Positions 28,009 to 36,015 of a stretch of 64,000 bases of DNA are shown piece after piece (within the stretch, counting starts at the first letter, position 1; each line of letters begins with the position of its first letter). The stretch is from Gammaproteobacteria bacterium (GTDB lineage: Bacteria; Pseudomonadota; Gammaproteobacteria; Xanthomonadales; SZUA-36): contig JAUIBE010000005.1 of NCBI GenBank assembly GCA_030428105.1, positions 6,476-70,475 of the forward strand. The letters are read 5' to 3'. The position numbers and the translations under genes were made by a program. Below the pieces are notes generated by a model, which had not been told where the DNA came from, ran no database searches, and saw only the letters and a list, made by a program, of their open reading frames with translations.

Positions 28009-28116
28009 TCGATCGCAGGCCAGTGCGTAAGCCATAGCCCAGGGGCTTCATTGTCTCCTGGCTCATGCAGGTGTCCCGCTTGAGCAGTCCATTCCTTCGC
28101 GGAGCCGGTCCGCCAA

Positions 28117-30090
28117 TCAGTCGAGGTACTTGGCCAGGAACTTCTCCAGTAGCTTCAAAGTTTCTTCGCGGTCGCTGCTCCTGGCCAGCAGGTTGTGTCC
28201 GGCGTATTCGAATGAAACGAGCTCGTGGTCGGCGCCCGCCTTTTTTAGCGCGCTGGCCATCTGCTTGGATTGCTTGTAGGGCACGCGCTGGTCTTGTTCC
28301 CCGGCCAGAAGCAGCACGGGAATAGTGATTTTGTCGGCGTGTTCAACCGGGCTGTTGGCTTCCAGCATGGCCTTGTCCTTTTTTGGGTGGCCCACTCGAT
28401 CAAACAGCAGTTCATCCCAGTACGCCTTGTCGACCAGTTCCTTCATGTCGTACTTGAGCATCTGCACCAGGTCGGTGACCCCGTTGATGCTGACCGCGCA
28501 GGTGTAGAGGTCGGGAGTCTTGATGGCACCCATTAATGCCGCGTATCCGCCGTAGGAACCACCGACGATGCAGATTCGTTCCGGGTCGGCATAGCCCCGC
28601 CTGATGATAGACGTTGCCGCATCGGTAACATCGTCCTGCATCAGTCCTCCCCATTGGCGGTAACCGGCTTCTTCAAACTCGCGGCCATAGCCAACCGAAC
28701 CGCGAAAATTCGGCTGCACCACGATATAACCTCGGGTGGAAAGGAACTGTGCCAGAAGGTCAAATTCAGCCCGGCTGCGTGCTTGTGGGCCGCCATGCGG
28801 CATGATCACGGTAGGGTGGGGACTGCCGGTTTCGAAATTCCTGGGTAGCAAGATGTAAGCGCGGATATTGGTGCCGTCTCTTGCGGTGTAGGTCGTCACT
28901 GTGGGCCGGGAGAGTGTCTCGGGCGGAGTTTCGGGGTATGCACTGTCGAGGTAGGTCAGGGTCTGTGACTCGAAGTTCCACAGGTAGTAAATCAGACGTA
29001 CGTCCGGCCCGGAAACCGCGACCAGCGCGCGGCCGATTTCCGGGTCAAGGTTGGAAACGCTGAAGTTGTTGTTGCCAATGCGCTCAGCAATGGCGTCGTA
29101 CTGTTTTTGCTGGAATGCGTCGAAATAGACGTGTCGAACATTGTCCTGTTCAACCGCGTAACCAATCACCTGGTCTGAACGCGCATGGAACAGTGCGCCA
29201 AAGATGTCCTGCCCGTTTTCTGCGGCCAGTGCTTGCTCGGTGCTCGCCGAGCGATTGATCCGGACCAGTTCATAGAACCCGGTTTTGGCGTTCTGTTTGC
29301 GGTATACAAGGTCACCGTCGAGGAGCGCCACCAGTTCGCTGGAATCAAAGCGGTCTTCATCGTCGCGATTCAGGCGAATTTCGTCAATTTCTTCCCAGTC
29401 ATCGCCATCCTTGAAGGCAAAAAGCTCGATGGTGTTTCTTCGCTCGCGGTAGTCGAAACGATAGAGGGGAACGCCGTTGTCATCATTGAGGAAACGAAAA
29501 GTGCGCGGGGAGCCGCGGGTGATCATTTCAGCCCCGCCGTCGCGGATGTTGACCTTGTACAGGGCGCGCTTGCCACCTTTGTAGGCCGCCATCAGGACAT
29601 GATCCTCGTCGTTGGGCAGAAAATTGGTAACCCGCGAGAGGGAGTAGTTTCTTCGCAGGCTGCGCTCACCTTCCATCAGAAAGGTTTGCTCTGACATGTC
29701 GATGTTCATTGCCACCATGCGGCTGAAGCCTATGGATTCATCGGGCGCGTAGAACGTGCTGTTGAATCGCTTGTCGAGAAACACGCTCCACGGAATCCAG
29801 ATGGACAGTAGCAAGCGGTCATTGCTGCCCCAGGTCAGCCACGATGGCTGCAGGATCTCCTCGGAAAACGCACCGACGATCGGCATGCCAGGCTGCTCGA
29901 CGTTGCGTACAATCACCACCCGCCGTTCCGGCTCGCGGATGATCACGGCAAGATGCTTGCCGTCCGGCGACAACTCGGCATCGCGAATGGTTGCCTGCTG
30001 CAGGAAGTCATCAACCGTCGGTTGGGCCCAGGTTGGCGGGCATATCAAGGCCCAGAGTAAACCCAGCGCGGCAATGTTTGTTTGCTTCAT
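28117..30090 (-). CDS. secreted S9 family serine peptidase (prolyl oligopeptidase/dipeptidyl-peptidase-like)
   Basis: Signal peptide MKQTNIAALGLLWALICPPTWA. C-terminal ...HGGPQARSRAEFDLLAQFLSTRGYIVVQPNFRGSVGYGREF...ICIVGGSYGGYAAL... is the GxSYGG nucleophile elbow plus S9 catalytic domain. The N-terminal ~400 aa is beta-propeller-like. Confidence 0.85.
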   Translation of the reverse strand: MKQTNIAALGLLWALICPPTWAQPTVDDFLQQATIRDAELSPDGKHLAVIIREPERRVVIVRNVEQPGMPIVGAFSEEILQPSWLTWGSNDRLLLSIWIPWSVFLDKRFNSTFYAPDESIGFSRMVAMNIDMSEQTFLMEGERSLRRNYSLSRVTNFLPNDEDHVLMAAYKGGKRALYKVNIRDGGAEMITRGSPRTFRFLNDDNGVPLYRFDYRERRNTIELFAFKDGDDWEEIDEIRLNRDDEDRFDSSELVALLDGDLVYRKQNAKTGFYELVRINRSASTEQALAAENGQDIFGALFHARSDQVIGYAVEQDNVRHVYFDAFQQKQYDAIAERIGNNNFSVSNLDPEIGRALVAVSGPDVRLIYYLWNFESQTLTYLDSAYPETPPETLSRPTVTTYTARDGTNIRAYILLPRNFETGSPHPTVIMPHGGPQARSRAEFDLLAQFLSTRGYIVVQPNFRGSVGYGREFEEAGYRQWGGLMQDDVTDAATSIIRRGYADPERICIVGGSYGGYAALMGAIKTPDLYTCAVSINGVTDLVQMLKYDMKELVDKAYWDELLFDRVGHPKKDKAMLEANSPVEHADKITIPVLLLAGEQDQRVPYKQSKQMASALKKAGADHELVSFEYAGHNLLARSSDREETLKLLEKFLAKYLD

Positions 30091-30097
30091 TTCCAGC

Positions 30098-31291
30098 TTA
30101 CTGCGTGTAACGGCAGAACTCGGGCAACTGTTCATAGCTGAGCCCCTCGCCATCAACGCACAGCCAGAAAATCGACCCATCGTCATCGATCCGGGGCGAA
30201 AGGATCAGGTCGCCTTGCTTCAGGGGCAAGGTCAACTCCATGTTTTCCGCGTCGAGCGAAACTGAGAATGTTTCCGTTAAGTGTTCACTGATACCTACTT
30301 CCTCAAGGGACTCCGGCACCGTTTCGGTTTCTTCGTAGTACGCTCCGAGCGTTGCCATTGCTTCTTCGGCGGTTTCGAACGCCACCGTAACCTGGGCCCG
30401 GGTCACGTAATCCTGGTAGGCGGGTAAACCTATGGAAAGCGCAATAAATACGATGTAAACCAGCAGCAGGAAGCCGAAACCCGCGCCCAGCCTGCCGGTG
30501 TATGGAATGAAGATCGCCAACAGGTAAGCGAAACCGTTGCGCCTGGGCACTGGCTGGTTGGGCATGAGCACCCTCGCAACACGCTTGGTCAACCAGGGGT
30601 AGGCTGAGGTGAGTTCATGGAAGGACATCCAGAAACCGGAGGTGTGTTCGGTCTGCCGCATGTAGGCGTTAAGGTCCAGGTTTTTCCAGCGTTCAATGCC
30701 GGCGGCCAGTACGGCCAGCGCCCGCGCCGCGCCTTCGGGCGTTTTGCTGCAGGCCAGCCCGTGTAGGTCACAGGTGCTCTCGCGCGCCCGGGAGTAGGCG
30801 GCGCCCAGTAGGGGCAGCCACAGTACCGGCCAGCGCAGAAACTGCAGCGTCAGGTGTTTCATTCGCAGGTGGCCCAGTTCATGGCCAATGTAGAAACGCA
30901 CCCCGTCCTGGTGGTCATCCATGACATCGACGATATCCGACAGCAACACCACGTACTGGGTACTCAGGAATTTGGTGGCGAAGGCATTCAGGCCGCCATC
31001 GCCATTGAGGATGTATGCTTCGGGACGCTTGGCCAGTTGCAGCTTGTCGCAGCAGTCTACGAATTGCGCATACAGGTCAGGGAATTGTCCGCTAGACAGT
31101 TCCACGCCGTTGCCCTTGATGTAGGCGATCAGCGCCGACTGGAAGAACAGGTAGGCGAGAAAACCGACGCCCAACAGGATCAGCGCGGTACCCAGGGTCG
31201 CCACGATGAGCACCAGCCAGGCAATGCAGCCCAGGACCATGGTGGTGGCACCAAGAATTTCTTCGTGGGGGTAAACAAGCTCTTTTTTCAT
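30098..31291 (-). CDS. M48 (HtpX-like) zinc metalloprotease fused to a C-terminal type IV pilin-like domain
   Basis: Two N-terminal TMs, then HELGHLRMKH (HExxH) and a downstream ...ESTCDLHG... ligand glutamate, typical M48. The C-terminal ~130 aa reads ...GAGFGFLLLVYIVFIALSIGLPAYQDYVTRAQVTVAFETAEEA...WLCVDGEGLSYEQLPEFC. This matches the type IV pilin N-terminal helix motif (IAIPAYQDYTARAQV) and a C-terminal Cys pair. Ends 8 nt upstream of the S9 peptidase gene, so it is operonic. Confidence 0.75.
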   Translation of the reverse strand: MKKELVYPHEEILGATTMVLGCIAWLVLIVATLGTALILLGVGFLAYLFFQSALIAYIKGNGVELSSGQFPDLYAQFVDCCDKLQLAKRPEAYILNGDGGLNAFATKFLSTQYVVLLSDIVDVMDDHQDGVRFYIGHELGHLRMKHLTLQFLRWPVLWLPLLGAAYSRARESTCDLHGLACSKTPEGAARALAVLAAGIERWKNLDLNAYMRQTEHTSGFWMSFHELTSAYPWLTKRVARVLMPNQPVPRRNGFAYLLAIFIPYTGRLGAGFGFLLLVYIVFIALSIGLPAYQDYVTRAQVTVAFETAEEAMATLGAYYEETETVPESLEEVGISEHLTETFSVSLDAENMELTLPLKQGDLILSPRIDDDGSIFWLCVDGEGLSYEQLPEFCRYTQ

Positions 31292-31339
31292 TGTTGTTAT
31301 CTCTTGTCTTGAAAGCGGGAAGTAGTCGATGAAGCGACC

Positions 31340-31378
31340 GTTCACCAATTAACAATAGTTTGACATTTATGTCAAATA
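31340..31378 (-). promoter_or_regulatory. candidate promoter/operator: perfect palindrome TTGACATttATGTCAA upstream of the M48-pilin gene
   Basis: A 7-2-7 inverted repeat at ~31362-31377 contains a TTGACA -35 hexamer on the minus strand. It lies 70-85 nt upstream of the M48 start codon and just downstream of the SPFH terminator. Confidence 0.35.
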
Positions 31379-31380
31379 CT

Positions 31381-31423
31381 AAAAAACCACCTGCACCGGC
31401 ATTGCACCGGTTCAGGTGGTTGA
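31381..31423 (-). terminator. intrinsic terminator after the SPFH gene (minus strand)
   Basis: Minus-strand RNA ACCACCUGAACCGGUGCAAUGCCGGUGCAGGUGGUUUUUU: a ~12-bp GC-rich stem with one bulge, followed by a 6-U run. It starts immediately after the SPFH stop codon. Confidence 0.7.
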
Positions 31424-31424
31424 C

Positions 31425-32576
31425 TTAGCGGGCATCAAGATTGATCTTGACGGTATCCCGCAGGACGCTGTCCAGGCCGCCGAAGACGGTCAGTCGATCG
31501 ACCTTTTCGGTAACCTTTTCCAGCGTTTCCAGCTCCTTCAAACGCATCAGCGTCGGGTTTTCGTCCATCAGCTTTGCGGTGTTGAGCAGGCTACGCGTTG
31601 CCGCGGTCTCCTCGCGCCGCTTGATCACGTTTGCGTGGGCTGCGTTCTCGGCCTCGACCACCCGGTTGAGAATTTCCTTCATCTCGCCCGGCAGGATGAT
31701 GTCCTTGAGGCCCACCTTTACGATCTCCACGCCGTAATCGCAGATCTGGCTGGCGACCGTTTCGGTGATGGTGCCGTCAAGCTCACTCTTGTTGGCCAGC
31801 AGGACGTCCAGCGTGCGCGTGCCGATTGCCTGGCGCAGTGCAAATTGCAGGGATGCGTACAGGGTTTCGACCACGTTGACGCTGGTGCGGCGAGCCCGCA
31901 CCGGGTCACTCACGCGGTACTGGGCAGCCAGGTTCACCCGCAGGCTGACCTTGTCCTTGGTCAGGATTTCCTGGCCGGACACGTCCATCGCCTGGATACG
32001 GGTTTCCACCAGCTCCACCTTGACCTCGTGGTTGTAACGCCAGAAGGCGTAGACACCCGGGGCCAGGGTACGGACGAGGTTGCCGTTAATGGTCAGCAAG
32101 CCAACCTGGTCAGAGGCCACTTCAACCGGCAGCACCGTGTTGCGAACCGCTTCCAGCAGCTGGCGATCACGCGGGCGAGTCAGCAACCGTGCGAGATCCG
32201 TTGGGATCTCGGCCTCGTCGCCGATCGTCTCGATCACCACCGTGGTTTCCACCGGGCCGTTCCAGTACACCGCGCGGGAAGCCGGCGGCAACACGTCCAC
32301 CAGCCGCTCGTTGCGGTACACCAGGCCGACCTGGTCGGCGGCCAGTTCGTAAACGTCGAAGTGACGCGCCATCAGTTCCGGGTTGGCAGCCAGCAATACA
32401 TCCAGCTGCGGGTGCTCGAAACGCGGATGCGTTACGTCGTACACCTGCCATTCGGTTCGGCCAGGAGCGTCGAAACGCCAGTACACGCCCGGCTCTGCGA
32501 TGGACTGCAGAGTACGGTTGACGAATACCAGCGCACGCTCGTTCTGAGCCACGACCGTTCGATTCAATCCGAACAT
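31425..32576 (-). CDS. SPFH/band-7 (stomatin/flotillin/HflC-like) domain protein
   Basis: 383 aa. ...KDKVSLRVNLAAQYRVSDPVRA...GLKDIILPGEMKEILNRVVEAENAAHANVIKRREETAATRS... is the SPFH domain followed by a coiled-coil. A strong AAAGGAGG SD precedes the ATG. Confidence 0.8.
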   Translation of the reverse strand: MFGLNRTVVAQNERALVFVNRTLQSIAEPGVYWRFDAPGRTEWQVYDVTHPRFEHPQLDVLLAANPELMARHFDVYELAADQVGLVYRNERLVDVLPPASRAVYWNGPVETTVVIETIGDEAEIPTDLARLLTRPRDRQLLEAVRNTVLPVEVASDQVGLLTINGNLVRTLAPGVYAFWRYNHEVKVELVETRIQAMDVSGQEILTKDKVSLRVNLAAQYRVSDPVRARRTSVNVVETLYASLQFALRQAIGTRTLDVLLANKSELDGTITETVASQICDYGVEIVKVGLKDIILPGEMKEILNRVVEAENAAHANVIKRREETAATRSLLNTAKLMDENPTLMRLKELETLEKVTEKVDRLTVFGGLDSVLRDTVKINLDAR

Positions 32577-32835
32577 TTTCTTTCCTCCTTTGCTTTTGGG
32601 TTAAAAAATGGCGAAAAAGCGCCTGCCGCTGCTGCGAGGGTGATCCCGCGAGCGCGCTGCGGACCCAGGCCCTGGCTGCGAAACATCCGGGCACCCCCTT
32701 TTGCCCCTCCGTCCGGCGACCCGGTTCCGGGTTGGCAGCGTTCCGGTGAGATCACTCGGGTCGCAGCCACGGTGCGGTCATTGGGCAGGGCATTGCCTGC
32801 TCAAAGCCGCGCGGCGCTTTTCCGCCCTCGTGGGT

Positions 32836-32903
32836 GCGCAAGGCACCCTCATGTGGAGTCGAACCACAGCCCGTAGGCTTTACCTCTAGGCAACCTGACA
32901 AGT
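32836..32903 (-). ncRNA. tRNA-like element 2 (second T-arm module, incomplete cloverleaf)
   Basis: A second UGUGG-UUCGACU-CCACA T-arm lies ~77 nt downstream of the first on the same strand. I could not find a matching 5' acceptor or D-arm. It may be a degenerate tRNA or part of a larger structured RNA. Confidence 0.25.
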
Positions 32904-32979
32904 TGCTCGGATAACGGGAGTCGAACCCGTGACACATCGAGTCAATATCGATTGCTCTACCCATCTGAGCTATATCCAC
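32904..32979 (-). ncRNA. tRNA-like element 1 (cloverleaf with atypical features; candidate tRNA-Gln(UUG)-like pseudo-tRNA or Y-RNA-type tRNA mimic)
   Basis: Minus strand reads GUGGAUA-UA-GCUC-AGAUGGGU-AGAGC-A-AUCGA-UAUUGAC-UCGAU-GUGUC-ACGGG-UUCGACU-CCCGU-UAUCCGA-G. The D-arm, anticodon arm and T-arm (GGTTCGACTCC) are canonical. Three features are atypical: position 33 is A rather than the near-universal U, the 1:72 pair is a G.A mismatch, and the 3' end is GCAA rather than CCA. Coordinates approximate. Confidence 0.45.
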
Positions 32980-33226
32980 ATGGTGCACTGGTCACTCCTT
33001 CGGCTCGGCATACAGCCGTGCACGGCACGCTGCACCGGACGGGCTTTTGGAACCCGAACCGCTGTAACCGTCGGATCTGACACATGCCTCATTTCGTCGA
33101 AGCAGGCTTCGACGCAAACCAATGTTCCTGCCCCCCCGGTGACGGCCGTGCGCCGCAGATCGATACGACCGTCACCTTGCGCCGCCGCCAGTGCCTTCAC
33201 TGGGACGGCTTGAACGCGAACACTTC

Positions 33227-34423
33227 CTAGCCTTTTACACAAACCACCTGTTTCAAGGTGGCTACTACTTCAACCAGGTCAGACTGGTTGGCCATCACGG
33301 CATCGATGTCCTTGTACGCTGCCGGGATCTCGTCGATCACGGCCTTGTCCTTACGGCATTCGACGCCGCGCGTCTGCTTCACCAGGTCGTCCTTGCTGAA
33401 GGCCTTCCTGGCCGCAGTCCTGGACATCTTCCTTCCGGCGCCGTGGGCGCAGGAGTGGAAAGCGTCGGCGTTACCCTTGCCCTTCACGATGTAGGACCTG
33501 GCGCCCATGCTTCCCGGGATAATGCCCAGGTCGCCGTTGCCGGCACGGATGGCACCTTTACGCGTGACATAAACCTCGGCGTCAAAGTGCTGCTCCTTCG
33601 CCACGTAGTTGTGGTGACAGTTGATGGCGGTGTCCTCGATGGTGAATTCCGGCAGTGTTGCCTTCATCGCCTCGATCACATTGGCCATCATCACCTCACG
33701 GTTGGTGGCGGCGTAGTCCTGCGCCCAGTCGACTGCGAACACGTAGTCGTTGAACAACTCGGTGCCCTCGTCGAACCACGCCAGGTTCTTGTCCGGCAGC
33801 GTTACGCCACGCTTTTCCAGTTCGGTCTTGGCGGCTTCAATGAAGTGCCTGCCGATCTGGTTACCGATGCCCCTGGAGCCGGAGTGCAGCATCACCCACA
33901 CATTGCCGACGGTATCCAGGCAAACCTCGATAAAGTGGTTGCCGCCACCCAGCGTGCCGATCTGGCGCGCCCAGCTCTGGTCTTTCTCGGCCTTACGGCT
34001 GATCAGCTTCGGGTGCTTGTCCAGGATCTGCTTCAGCCCCTGGCTCACCTTGCTGGCCGCGGCGGTCGGGGTGCGGTCATGCTTGTGCATGTAGAACCCC
34101 ACCGGTACGGAACGCTCAATCGCGTGCCTGACCTTGGCCAGGTTGTCCGGCAGCTGGCGGGCGCTCAGGCTGGTCTTGACCGCCATCATTCCGCAGCCAA
34201 TATCCACGCCCACGGAGGCCGGAATAATGGCCCTGTGGGTCGGGATCACGGATCCCACCGTGGCGCCAATGCCCAGGTGAACGTCCGGCATGGCCGCCAC
34301 GTGGTGATGCACAAACGGCAGGCTGGCGATATTGCGCAGCTGCTCTTCCGCAGCCGCATCAATGTCGTTGGTCCAGATGTGCACCGGAACCCTGGTGTCG
34401 TTGATTGTTTTGCTAATTGCCAC
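33227..34423 (-). CDS. rtcB: RNA-splicing ligase RtcB (3'-phosphate/5'-hydroxyl RNA ligase)
   Basis: 398 aa, ...IGTLGGGNHFIEV...HSGSRGIGNQIG...HNYVAKEQHFD...CAHGAGR..., the full set of RtcB metal-binding and GMP-His motifs. Confidence 0.93.
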   Translation of the reverse strand: MAISKTINDTRVPVHIWTNDIDAAAEEQLRNIASLPFVHHHVAAMPDVHLGIGATVGSVIPTHRAIIPASVGVDIGCGMMAVKTSLSARQLPDNLAKVRHAIERSVPVGFYMHKHDRTPTAAASKVSQGLKQILDKHPKLISRKAEKDQSWARQIGTLGGGNHFIEVCLDTVGNVWVMLHSGSRGIGNQIGRHFIEAAKTELEKRGVTLPDKNLAWFDEGTELFNDYVFAVDWAQDYAATNREVMMANVIEAMKATLPEFTIEDTAINCHHNYVAKEQHFDAEVYVTRKGAIRAGNGDLGIIPGSMGARSYIVKGKGNADAFHSCAHGAGRKMSRTAARKAFSKDDLVKQTRGVECRKDKAVIDEIPAAYKDIDAVMANQSDLVEVVATLKQVVCVKG

Positions 34424-34450
34424 TGTCTTTTCCTATCGTCGGCTCACCTT

Positions 34451-34488
34451 CTGGCGGGCGAAAAAAAACCCCCGGAGGCAAGGACCTG
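34451..34488 (-). terminator. strong intrinsic terminator ~30 nt upstream of the rtcB start codon (candidate attenuator)
   Basis: Minus-strand RNA ACCCCCGCAGGUCCUUGCCUCCGGGGGUUUUUUUU: a 6-bp G/C stem plus 3 further bp, followed by 8 U. Its 3' end lies only ~27 nt from the rtcB ATG, leaving no room for a promoter between them. Confidence 0.75.
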
Positions 34489-34546
34489 CGGGGGTTTCAT
34501 CCGTCACAGGTCTGCTAATCGCAGACCCGGAATTTCAGGGGCTGCA

Positions 34547-34651
34547 TTAACTCATGGTCGCATCTTGAAGGCGCAGGGGTTTGCCACAGGCAAACTCGCC
34601 CGTGACCGATACGCGGCCTTCGTATGGATATGAGATAAACCAATTCATCAT
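34547..34651 (-). CDS. candidate 34-aa leader small ORF upstream of the rtcB terminator
   Basis: ATGATGAATTGG... translates to MMNWFISYPYEGRVSVTGEFACGKPLRLQDATMS* and ends ~55 nt before the terminator hairpin. SD is weak, and third-position codon usage is AT-richer than the genome, so coding status is uncertain. Confidence 0.2.
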   Translation of the reverse strand: MMNWFISYPYEGRVSVTGEFACGKPLRLQDATMS

Positions 34652-34719
34652 TTCATTCTCTGTAAGTAGTTCTAATCAGCGCCAATTGCTGTCGCGGCGC
34701 CGGTTGAATAAGGCGGCGG

Positions 34720-34748
34720 AATCTACGCCCGCATGGGTGGAAAGTCAA
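34720..34748 (-). promoter_or_regulatory. candidate sigma70 promoter for the rtcB leader (TTGACT-N17-TAGATT)
   Basis: The minus strand reads TTGACTttccacccatgcgggcgTAGATT, ~75 nt upstream of the leader sORF. Sequence-based only. Confidence 0.3.
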
Positions 34749-34851
34749 AGCCGAATCTAGCCAACCGTGGTGAGCGGTCGGAAAGTTCGGACGGGCGGAT
34801 CGCCAGGCCGATATAACCGCAGAGACTGCTTATGTGATTACCCGGGTGCGA

Positions 34852-36015
34852 CTAGGCTCGGCACAGGTAGGCGAAAACATCGTCCACCATGGCCTCGCAG
34901 CGCTGCAGTTCGGCCGGATCGATAAACTCGTTGGGCTGGTGTGCCTGGTCAATGGAACCGGGCCCGCAGACCACGCTGCTGACACCGGCGCGCTGGAAGC
35001 TGCCGGCCTCGGTGGCGAACGAAACCTCGCCGGAGCCGCCTTCGCGAACGCCGCCAAGGCCTCGCACCCAGCGTTCTGCCTTCGCTTCCGGGTCTGGCGC
35101 CAGAGGCGGCACCTGGGCGATGGGAGTGGTCTCGATAGAAGCCTCAGGCGCAAACTCTTGCAGGTCAGGCAGCACTTCGCGCTCGATGAACGCCTGCATG
35201 GCCTGGCTGATAAACGCGGGGTCTTCTTCGGGCAGACCGCGGTATTCCCACAGAAATTCGCACTGCGAGGGCAGGATGTTGACGGCCGTGCCGCCTCTAA
35301 TCTTGCCCACCTGAACCGTGGTCCACGGCGGTTCGCAGCCGGAATCGCCAGCCTCCCGGCGCCTGGTTCGGCCAATCGAATCCAGGTGCTCGATAATGCG
35401 CGCCGCGGCCAGGATGGCGCTGGCGCCGCGGTGGGGCTGGCTGGAATGGGCCGCCTTGCCGGTCACCAGCGTGCGAAACACGTTGATTGATTTGTGGGCG
35501 CGAACAATCTGCATGCTGGTTGGCTCGCCGATGATGGCGAAATCCGGCCTGGCGAAGTGGCCCAGTGCGTCATCCACCATGCGGTCAATGCCCAGGCAGC
35601 CGATTTCCTCGTCGTAGGAAAGGGCCAGGTACAACGGTTTTTTCAGTGCGGCGATGTCCAGCGAAGCCAGGCGTGACAGGAACACCGCTGAAAAACCTTT
35701 CATGTCGGAGCTTCCGCGGCCATAGAGCAGGCCATCGCGCTCGGTTAGCTCGAACGGGTTGGTGTGCCAGTCCTGGTCATCGACAGGCACCACGTCGGTA
35801 TGGCCCGACAGCACCACGCCGCCAGGAACATCCGGCCCGATTGCCGCAAACAGGTTGGCCTTGGTCCTTTCACTGTTCCAGGTGCGGCGGCAGCGCGCAC
35901 CGAACGGCGCCAAGTAGTTTTCGACCCAGTCGATCAGTGGCAGGTTGGAATCGCGTGACACGGTGGGGAAAGCCACCAGCCGGGTGAGCATCTCGATCGA
36001 ATTCATTGGACTCAT
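34852..36015 (-). CDS. argE: acetylornithine deacetylase (M20 family, ArgE-like)
   Basis: 387 aa. ...SGHTDVVPVDDQDWHTNPFEL...GRGSSDMKGF... carries the M20 metal-binding motifs. Global collinearity with ArgE. An alternative start at M4 would be 36006. Confidence 0.8.
   Translation of the reverse strand: MSPMNSIEMLTRLVAFPTVSRDSNLPLIDWVENYLAPFGARCRRTWNSERTKANLFAAIGPDVPGGVVLSGHTDVVPVDDQDWHTNPFELTERDGLLYGRGSSDMKGFSAVFLSRLASLDIAALKKPLYLALSYDEEIGCLGIDRMVDDALGHFARPDFAIIGEPTSMQIVRAHKSINVFRTLVTGKAAHSSQPHRGASAILAAARIIEHLDSIGRTRRREAGDSGCEPPWTTVQVGKIRGGTAVNILPSQCEFLWEYRGLPEEDPAFISQAMQAFIEREVLPDLQEFAPEASIETTPIAQVPPLAPDPEAKAERWVRGLGGVREGGSGEVSFATEAGSFQRAGVSSVVCGPGSIDQAHQPNEFIDPAELQRCEAMVDDVFAYLCRA

Noticed and set aside
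32577-32835. Small ORFs (62-78 aa) in the SPFH-rtcB intergenic region
   Set aside because: They translate the tRNA-like elements and GC-rich spacer into low-complexity peptides and lack SDs. The region is better explained as non-coding RNA and UTR.
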